DNA of 64,000 nt from a virus: IMG/VR virus record IMGVR_UViG_3300031920_000309; one strand, given 5' to 3'. Below are positions 9,307-18,700 of the stretch, in pieces. Under the pieces are notes generated by a model, which was not told the DNA's origin, made no database searches, and saw nothing but the letters and a program-made list of their open reading frames with translations. The translations under genes and the position numbers were made by a program. The number at the start of each line of letters is the position of its first letter. Position 1 is the stretch's first letter.

Positions 9307-10021
9307 GCCTCCGGCGTTGAATAACTGAATCAGGCCGCTCCGGCGTTGAATAACTGACATCAGGCCGTGATGGCGATACTAATCGTACCCATGCACGAAC
9401 ATTGAGTTTCGCTCGACCGGTGAACTCTTTACTGATCCAACATGTAACCGTAGCCTGCTTGGTTTCGCCTGGTGCTACGCCCCAGAGGATTGTCTTGAAC
9501 GTTGGGTATGTCGCATCAGGACCACACAACTCATGCGGTTGAATGACGCCATACGATTGATCAGATATGCCAGACTCATATAATCGTGCAACGGGTTCAG
9601 CAAGACACCGACTTGTGTCCACCACGCCAGTTTTCGATAGCACGACAACAACCTCGAAATCGCCTGGTGCATCACCACAGTTTTTTACACTGAATTCGAA
9701 ATCGAATTTCCTGTCAATCTTGACCATGTCCGGCCGTTTGACCAACCGTGCTTCACATACGACCGGGGCGGGTATTTTTGTGGGCGATTCGATTTTGATA
9801 TCCGGAATATCGATCTCGTGTGCCTCCTGTCGGATACGGATCGACGGCATCGATATGCCAGTACGCTTGATTATCCCCTCGATCCGTTCCTTTATCACTT
9901 CGGGCGTAACTCTCGTACCAACCCTTTCAGGTTGCGATATGCTGTATCCACCCGGTCCTGGCACAGTCACACGACGTGTAATAACGCTCTTCAACTCATC
10001 TGGTATTTCCATATCAATCAC
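9287..10021 (-). CDS. Protein with CARDB/Ig-like domain
   Basis: FDFEFSVKNCGDAPGDFEVVV...VAPGETKQATV pattern. Confidence 0.65.
   Translation of the reverse strand: MIDMEIPDELKSVITRRVTVPGPGGYSISQPERVGTRVTPEVIKERIEGIIKRTGISMPSIRIRQEAHEIDIPDIKIESPTKIPAPVVCEARLVKRPDMVKIDRKFDFEFSVKNCGDAPGDFEVVVVLSKTGVVDTSRCLAEPVARLYESGISDQSYGVIQPHELCGPDATYPTFKTILWGVAPGETKQATVTCWISKEFTGRAKLNVRAWVRLVSPSRPDVSYSTPERPDSVIQRRRHDVDSD
9309..9367. repeat. 29/30-bp tandem duplication
   Basis: CTCCGGCGTTGAATAACTGAATCAGGCCG then CTCCGGCGTTGAATAACTGACATCAGGCCG. Confidence 0.95.
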
Positions 10022-10904
10022 CTCGTTTGTTCAGCAATATATGTATTCCTATCGTGCCGTGCAGTGTGTCAGGCGGCACGAACGAACACCACAGCATTTT
10101 GATTTCACCAGGCAGGATCTCGGTCGCATAATCAGGGATACCAGTAAACGTCCATTCGACATCGTTTTCATCCACCAGCCGTACCCCGATCCACCACCTC
10201 CCGCTTACTGTTCCGATGTTCTCAAACTCACCGCCAACCCAATTATCCTCCCCGATTTTAATGCTGTACGGAAGCTCGGTGTTACCAGTAAATCTAGCAC
10301 TTGCATCAACAGGCGGTTCAGGTTCTGGTGGTGGTTCTACCACAACATCACCGACATATTCTTCCCATTCTAACAACTCTTCCGCGGTCCATGGTGTAGC
10401 GAACCCGGTTGCGATGAGCAGTTCGTTGATGTTGTTATTATTCTCGTCATACACGATCCCAAGAATCCGGTCGTACGGATCTTGGCCTTTGTTCTCGAAC
10501 GAGATCTCGCTGCCAACCGGTAGCATCTCCTGTAGCCATTCGGTCGCCTCGATGCCACTTGGGTAATCATCCGACGGCCCCGACACATGCCAGAGCCGGA
10601 TTCTACGTGTCGTAAGCGGCGCGAGTTCACATACATTTCCGGGACAGACGAAGACGTCCAGTGTATCGGCATCGAGTATGCGATCAACAACCGCAGTCTG
10701 TAGAACAATCTCTATCGGAGGCGGCGTGGTCCCAACACAATATCCTGGATTGTTGTACAACCACTCGACATCCCACGACGCCAGGTCTGTTTCTTGGGTC
10801 AGATCGTCGTGTGCTGCTTCGAGAGCACTTCCCGATGTGATACACAGTCCTTCGTCACCATACCTGGTCGCGAGTTCATTCATTCGTGCGATTGCTATCG
10901 TCAT
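10014..10904 (-). CDS. Degenerate thermonuclease (SNase) domain fused to an Ig-like domain
   Basis: VDRILDADTLDV, RIRL, DPYDRILGIVY, NINELLIATG; C-terminal FENIG...ILPGE. Confidence 0.8.
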   Translation of the reverse strand: MTIAIARMNELATRYGDEGLCITSGSALEAAHDDLTQETDLASWDVEWLYNNPGYCVGTTPPPIEIVLQTAVVDRILDADTLDVFVCPGNVCELAPLTTRRIRLWHVSGPSDDYPSGIEATEWLQEMLPVGSEISFENKGQDPYDRILGIVYDENNNNINELLIATGFATPWTAEELLEWEEYVGDVVVEPPPEPEPPVDASARFTGNTELPYSIKIGEDNWVGGEFENIGTVSGRWWIGVRLVDENDVEWTFTGIPDYATEILPGEIKMLWCSFVPPDTLHGTIGIHILLNKRGD

Positions 10905-12763
10905 TCTGGCTCACCCCCGCTTGTCGGACACACGGTTCCAGCATTTATCATCTCATATGCCGCGGCATAGTCATCGATCGCCAGGTAGTACACAAACAAC
11001 GCATCGCTGAGAGTAACCGTCGCCGGGAACGTGCCGATGGCCGGATCGCACTTTTGGCCCATTCTGTCTGCCGCCTCGTGCCAGCGTTTGTACTTGAAAT
11101 ATACATACAAGAAGTGTTCGGTGGTCACGTTTTCAACCCCCCCAACATCATCGACAAACATGCAGATGTCCGGATCTTTCTCGTACAAAATCATCCGAAT
11201 ACTTGTCGTTTTACTGGCATATACCAACACGACTGTCGTTCTGGAATGATATCCAAACTTTGCGACCGTGATGGTATATTCACCAGCGGGTAATGGAATG
11301 ATGCCCGTGTCGGTATAACCAACAACCATGTCTTGGACAATAACCTCGGCCTCGATGCCGTCAGAGTATATGAACAAACCAGGAGTACCTGACGCATAAC
11401 TGCGATTGCCCGACGACGATCTACCGCCCCCTCCGCCGCCCCCCTCGCCACTGCTGTATGAGGTGGGGAGCTTTTGTATGTACGTGGGCTTCCCGTATGG
11501 GTCCTGTGTGGCACAGAACGTCTCCCATGCTCCGGGAGCTCCAGGGTCCCCAAACTCACCGTTCAAGAATCGCATATACAGTTCCCGGTTCAATTTGTGT
11601 GTGTATTCGTACTTACCGTCGTTTATTCGAATGGTCTCAACACCGTCGGCATATTGGCCATTGGGTCCTAACACTCGGCCAACTTCGAACACATACATGC
11701 TGTGAGATTTCCCGAGCCCGTCTGTCCATTCGACTTTGCGCTCGGCGACATTTATACGAGTAACATAATTGCCGGGAATAGAACAATACGTATCGTATGC
11801 ATCTGCATACCGGTTGGGCACGTTCCAGTCAGTGAAATCACCGGCACGGGCCATGAGATCGATCGCAGCTGCGGCTTTTTGTGGGTCTTCTTTGTACAAT
11901 TCCGCAAGCCAGTCATCCATCATCGGATACCCAGCCTCAAGATACCGAGCGCCGTACTCAGCATCGATTGTATCTGTGTCTGGGTCATACAATCGGCTGG
12001 GATCGAATGGTTCGTGCAACGAACTGTACTGATCGTATTCACTGATAATAAAGTCCCAGGCGTCATCGGAGAGTTTGCCGTCAGCGTGAAGTTGTAACGC
12101 GTTTTGCCACCCCTCTACATCATCTGCGTCTTTGACCAGTGTACTCCTAGCAACAAATTTTGTGTTTTTGTTCACGAGTAGCTGGTTTAGTATGGCAGAG
12201 TCTGTTGTGGGATCTTCGACTAGGCGTTTGGCCGTTATCTGTATTGCATTCTGGTTGTCCGAGAACAACAAAACCATATCGTCGACAGCGCCTGGAGCTG
12301 TTAGTTCTTTTTTGTTTATAATAGCGAACGTTTCGATATCAATCGACCCGTCGGACATGGTCAACGCATCTGCTACCATTTGTGCAGACTTGAAATCCCC
12401 GGCAAACTGAGCAAGAGAATCCGCGTTTGCGGCCGGATCTTCCGCCAACATGTTTATTGTGGTTTTTATTTTGTCCGGGTCATCTTCGTACAAACTGAAC
12501 AGCTCATCCACAAATCCAGGGGACCCTTCGTCTATGCCACACACATCTGCAAATCGGGCGGTATCAATCACACCGTCGGTCACCAACGCGCCACGAATCA
12601 CACCTTTAGTACTATAATCTGCATAAAAGTCATTCAAGACACTGGTATCAGTCGTTCGGTCGTTAACCAAGTTCGCAATCGTTTTTCTGTACATTTCAGT
12701 ATCTGATCCATCGCATATGGCCTCAATATCCGCTTGACAAATACACGCCATTATCAACACCAC
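10901..12763 (-). CDS. 620-aa acidic protein with helical repeats, Gly/Ser linker and PEGA domain
   Basis: DG.ID..F repeats; GEGGGGGGRSSS linker; LPAGEYTITVAKFGY PEGA signature. Confidence 0.8.
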   Translation of the reverse strand: MVLIMACICQADIEAICDGSDTEMYRKTIANLVNDRTTDTSVLNDFYADYSTKGVIRGALVTDGVIDTARFADVCGIDEGSPGFVDELFSLYEDDPDKIKTTINMLAEDPAANADSLAQFAGDFKSAQMVADALTMSDGSIDIETFAIINKKELTAPGAVDDMVLLFSDNQNAIQITAKRLVEDPTTDSAILNQLLVNKNTKFVARSTLVKDADDVEGWQNALQLHADGKLSDDAWDFIISEYDQYSSLHEPFDPSRLYDPDTDTIDAEYGARYLEAGYPMMDDWLAELYKEDPQKAAAAIDLMARAGDFTDWNVPNRYADAYDTYCSIPGNYVTRINVAERKVEWTDGLGKSHSMYVFEVGRVLGPNGQYADGVETIRINDGKYEYTHKLNRELYMRFLNGEFGDPGAPGAWETFCATQDPYGKPTYIQKLPTSYSSGEGGGGGGGRSSSGNRSYASGTPGLFIYSDGIEAEVIVQDMVVGYTDTGIIPLPAGEYTITVAKFGYHSRTTVVLVYASKTTSIRMILYEKDPDICMFVDDVGGVENVTTEHFLYVYFKYKRWHEAADRMGQKCDPAIGTFPATVTLSDALFVYYLAIDDYAAAYEMINAGTVCPTSGGEPE

Positions 12764-15700
12764 CCGTCCGAGTCAGCGACCAACGCATCCACGTCCAAAG
12801 ATCCATCCGAGTTTGTATAAGCGGCTCGGTATGTTTGTTGTTCTGTCCTTGACATAGTACCGAACGCATCACCGACAGACACTCCAGTCTCGTCCGACGT
12901 TTTCATCACATATGTTGATTCTTCCACAGCGGTATTTTCACCGCCACCGGCTCCACCACTGTCACTTGGCGCAGAAACGTGGTCTTTTGTCGAGATTCTG
13001 GTAGGAACTGTTATTCGGGTAGGGACTGCCCAGCCAATGTCAGCGGTTACCATGGATTCCAGCTTGTAACTACCGTCTGGCTGTTCAGCCAGGTGCCACA
13101 TCCCACCACGCAATGTATTTTTAATATATTCTTCGGCTTCTGGGAGTGTCATGCCGAACAAAGCAGCAACGTCTGCGATCATCGATGGCGTGACGTCTGC
13201 CATGTCAGTAACACTGGTCGGTTCAACGACACCAATTCCCACAGTCGGTACATGGACTGTCGGTCCACCTGGCAACTCACCACGGCTGTCAAGATCATCA
13301 ATGATTATACGGTATTTATTGTACAACACTGGACTATCGCGGATAGTCTCAAGCATTGCAACGATCGGAGACTCAAACCCAAGGATTTGGCTCATAACCG
13401 CCGTGTGTTCCGTCTGTGACCACATCCAATACAACACCGCGATACCTTCCTCGCCTGTGCCATATGGACAATTGATGAGCGCATCGGCCCAGGTTTCTGG
13501 GCGGTGGATGTTAATCTTCGACCCGTCGATGTTAAGGAACTCACCGACCACATTGGATGGGTTTTTGAGCAATGTGCTCGGAGATGCCAGCCAAATATTT
13601 CTTATCTCTTCTGTTGTCCTAACTCGGCCGTATCCATATTCGGTGGGACATTCGGACTGCGAACACCACCAACCACGGCTTTCCAGTGCGTCAAGCTTGT
13701 TGTCGATATAACCAGCGGCACTCTCGTTAAGGTACAACCCGAAATAATACCCAGGCGCGACCAGTGTTTTTGCGAGATCTCCTATGACGGGCACATCGAA
13801 TATCCTGCCCATCGTGGAATTCCACGAATCAAGCGCGAGTGCCCATTTGGGCAAGTGCTCAGCAAAGTGGAGTGCAGCGCGTTCTGGGTCTTCTTCCAGG
13901 GTGAACATCACGAACTGGAAGAGAGTCTGGAAGCCCTCCTCGAGACCAAACGCAGAGAATCCGACAGCCCCATTGATACCCGCCCAAGCCGAGACCGTGG
14001 TGGCAACCGGGTGTCGTCCAGCCCATGCTCTTATGCCCGTCAGCTGGTTAATAAATATCTCTGCGAGCAGTTTCTGGCCGACCACGTCGGATCGTCCCCA
14101 CAACTTGAGATATTCATCGAAGAACCTGGGGTCTCTCGGGAAACCGCCTTCGGTGATCACGCGGTTAATAACATTTTTGCCATGCCGATCAATCCTGTGC
14201 CAGAACGATTGGCCACGGGGACTTTCGATCATAAACGTGGTAGATTCTCTCACGTATGCTTTCCCGAACTTCACTGCTGGATCGACACCATATCGACGAC
14301 CCACGTGTTCGGAATAGCGAAATGCGTCGTCCGGTGAGAGTGTTCTGAAATATGCACGGACGTCGGGATCATTGAGACGAGATACCCACCGATCGCCAGC
14401 GGACACATTGCGAGTGCCACCACGAAGTGTCTTACTGGGTGTTTGCATGCGTATCAACTGTTTTTCCAAGAACAATCGCCGCTCGACGGAAATCGTTTTG
14501 TCTGCGAGTAGTTTTTCGAGTGCTTCGAACGGCTTATCTATTTCGTCCAGGAGTGATTTCCCTCTCGCAGCAGACCCACCAGTAGCCTCGAATGTTTCTT
14601 CTGCGGCTTCTTCCGCAGCATGGGTAACACGAACTTTGTTGTCCGCGCCTTTGACCGCCTCGTCTGCCTGTTTTATCAAGTTCGGGTCTCTGGACCGGAC
14701 GGAGTTGTCCAATTCTTCATATGCTTTTTGCTGGTCCAACTTGGCTTCTGCCTTTGAATTGGATGTTTCGTCGTACTGTTTTTTAGCAGCATCCGCATCA
14801 GCCTTGTTTGCACCCGTTTCCGCGTGCCGGGTCTCTTCTGCGTGTTTGCCAACGTCATCTGCTATTTCATCGACGTGTTGTTTCCCGACAACGATCATTT
14901 CGTCGAACATGTCTCTGGGTTTGTCGGCACGTTCCCAAACATTCGCATATCCATCTACCAGTGATTGTTTACGAGGAATTTCGCCGTTGGTTACCATGCG
15001 GTTTATGGTAGAAGCGTCTTGTGAACTGAGTCCACTTACCCATAGTTTCCCTTCTCGTGTACCTGCCAACCACTCGGCCGATGCTTTGACATACGCTTGT
15101 TCGGCTTTACGTGCGGTACTTGTTCCGTATCGTTGTTCGGTCATACGCACATATTCAGACGCATCTGTCGGGTGAAGCCGTGTGAAGAATGCCGTCGTGT
15201 CCGGTTGATACAGTCGCTGTTCCCATCTAGCAGAAAAATCAGTGCGACGCTGTAGATCCACCAAGACCTCGTCCCACGTACCAGAGTGTGTGCCAGGCAA
15301 AGGCTGATCAATGTTATGGAGGACGGTATCAAACACATCATCAATTGCAGCCAGTCGGCTGTTTCCGACATCCTGTCCCAGCCCGCTTGCAATTGTGATT
15401 CGGCGATCAGAGGCAGACACCGCATTACCGATCGCAGTGTTCATTCGCTTGCGTTCTATATCAATGGCATCAAAATCCCCGGTTTCAATGGATTTCGCAA
15501 ATTCGTCGTATGATTTTTGGAGTGTGTTTTTGGCCGTGCGTTCGGACGCTTCTGCATATGCCAAGCTTGCGGACGTAGGCGGGGTTTCTGTAGGAACACC
15601 CTTTACAATACATTCAACACTTTCGTCCATGAACGCAACTGGTTTTCCAACGGCCGTGCCCGGTGTAATCGTAACAGCGTCACCTGTTGCATGCTGGACG

Positions 15701-18700
15701 TCGATTATGGAACTGGCACGAGCAGCATCTGCACCAGTGATTTTTCCTTTTGCAGCATTGTAGTTGAACTGAGCCTTGAGTGCATCCGTACTAATATCAT
15801 CAGCCGCGTGTAGGATAGCAGCTTGTTCTACGTCGTCGGCTCCCTTTATGACGTCGTCAGCGGTTTTTGGCAACACGCGCCTTGTGCGTACGAATTTAGC
15901 AAGAGTGGAATAACTACCGGGGTATCCCTCCTTCTGAAGCAGATCGAATATTTTCCTGCTAGATGCAGCCGGATCAACCTCAAGCATGTCCACTACTCTG
16001 GATTCGAACGGGACGAGTACGCCAATCCGACTAACCGGGACAACCTCTTCCGCGATGACTTTGCTAGGCACGAACACTTCGGGTATGGTGACTTTTACCA
16101 CGCCTTCCGCGACAGCCACGTCAGGAATAGGACGTTCGGGCACTTTGCCGACACCAAGATCCGCCGCGAGTTCTTTGAGACGTTCTGTACGGGCGGCGAC
16201 GATTGGTTTAACATCCACATATTTCGGGTACAGCGTGAGTTCGGGAATGATGTCCCCGACCAAAAACTCCGGTTCCGGGACTGCCCTGATTCCTTCCAGT
16301 CCCTGCAACTCGGTGATCCGTTCTATAACAGCAGCGTTGATTGTGCCAAGTTGGTGAGCGTCGAACCCTTCTCGCCACGCAACCCCCATCAACGGCGGCA
16401 TTTCGGTCAATTCGAACACGTTGTTTTTGACAGTATTGCCAAGTTCGGTGGGTGACATTTTGATCATATCACCATGAGACACACCGCCAAGACCAAACGC
16501 ACGTTCGTACGCACGCCAAATCTCGTTGGCATGTGGGGCATTGACGCCGGGGAGAATACCAACAACCTCACCGACCGCATTATCTCCCATCCGCCCAACC
16601 AGATTGCGCATTTCAGCCGTTCCTTTCAATTCGTCGCCGCCGGTGGCATGCCAGAAATGGCTTCCGAAGTTACGACCACCGTTTTTGTTGTCCGACAACA
16701 CATTGTACATAGACTTTGGTGATACCTTACCAGCACCGACGGTTTCTTTGTTGACAATGATGTCGACATCCACCCTCCCAGTCGAAAGTATGTTCTCTCT
16801 GATCTTGGTTGCTTTGATTGTCTCGCGATATCCACTCCGGGCAGAACTGGGCAACTCCGTGTACAACGCAGCATTAATCATGGCACCGTCTTCGACAGTA
16901 TATGGAGTGCCGGAGAACACCTTCCGGAAAGCTGTCTGTTGGTCGGTGGTGAGATCCGGGAAGATATTGTCGACGAACGATTTCTGGAATACGCCAGAAC
17001 GGACATCTTGAATTGCTTGCGTACGGGAAGCATCAACACCAAGTTTGGGTACAACACCATCGGGCAGATCACCGATTTCCGCTGCATACCGAGTTGTGTG
17101 TGCATCAAATAATGCCGGTGTCATGGTATCAAGTTCTGCACCCGTTTTGCCACCGATCGTGAAACTTCGATCTTGTACATCACTAACAGTTCGCTTGAGG
17201 ATAGAATCGTCAATCATATCAACTGAATACCGGACCGTGTCCGGCCCCAGCTCGATCTGAGCACGACGAAGTTCTGCAAGCTGCTGGTCACCGGGTAATT
17301 TGATAAGTTCTTCCGCCCACGCATTCGCACCGTGCTTACCAGTTGGCAGATTATCGATCAGACTGATGCCGAGTTTGCCGACAGGTACCAGGTCATCACC
17401 AATTTGGATTGTTTTCATGACGACTTTCCCGCCCTTCGCAATCCACCCAACGGGAGTAACACCCGCAATGACAATACCAGCGTCTACCACACGATTGCCC
17501 GTGAGCCCGTCGGCGGCGGTCAAGAAATCAGCCACATGCAACAGGTAATCCCCTGTACGTTTGTTGTGCTCATCACCAGTCAACATACGTGGTCCGATAT
17601 TTTCTTGGTATTGTTCCGGAATCTGTTCATAACTAGCGCCAGATTCTACTCTGGTGAGCAACGACAATTGTTCGTCGGTGTTGTCTGTAAACAATAAAGA
17701 CTGCTCTGCTTGGTTGTAATCAGTGATGATGGTATCACCATCCGCGAACTTGTGGAGTTCGGAATTCTTCCACACACCCCCATCCGCAGTGAGTTCGACA
17801 GTCGCTACATTGGGATCATACGAAACAATCCCGCGATCACTGAGAGACCTTGCTTGTTCACCGAAGTTGTCACCATGTTTAGCAATACCGGCATTGATGA
17901 GGGCAATGTTGGCAACATCATCGGTATCAGGATCTATACGAGCCCCACGGAAGAAATCCGGATTCTCTTCGAGCACTTGCACGACATGCTCAGGCGGGAC
18001 GTATTTTGCCCACACCTTGAACGCATCACGTGAAGGCAATGAACCAACGCGGGTCAGATCGTCCAGTGTCGCACCTGGTACCGATGCTTCTTTTGTCCAC
18101 GCTGATAACTGCTGCGAACCAGAATCGGTAGGAGTATATACGGTAATGGGTTTCTGGAACACGTCATTGATATACGCTTTTTCGTCGTCGGTCTCTGCCA
18201 TACCAAGCGACGAATATTTGAACATCGTACGCAATATCGGAGTTTCGGTCAAAACTCGCTCGGCAAAACCAGACGGACCTTCTGACACCGCGTATGTTGG
18301 TTGTACCACCGTCTTGTCCAGTATTCCAGCATCGGTACCAGATTCTTCCGCAGGAATGACAAGACCAGCACCAAAACGAGCAACGTCACCAAGTGTTTCA
18401 CCGACGTATGGAACACGCTCGGCACTAGTGACCAAACGCTCGGCAAACGTCGGAGGATCTGCCACACCAGGGCTTTGTGTAATAACAAGTGTGTCCGGTG
18501 TTACGATTTCGTTTGTAATTGCTTGGCGATCGTCCTTACCAATCCCCAGAAATCCAAGTGTGGCAGAATACCCAATCCTGACTCGATCAAGCAAGCTTTT
18601 TTCTGGCAGTTTTTCTACTTCGGGACGTATGACTGTTTCAGGCGTTTCGCCCCGCATTTGGAATAATTCTTCTTCTGTAGGGTGAGGAGGCAACTCGATC

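Noticed and set aside
12754-12763. Programmed frameshift joining the giant and 620-aa ORFs
   Set aside because: No slippery heptamer or stimulatory structure seen; the short overlap fits translational coupling
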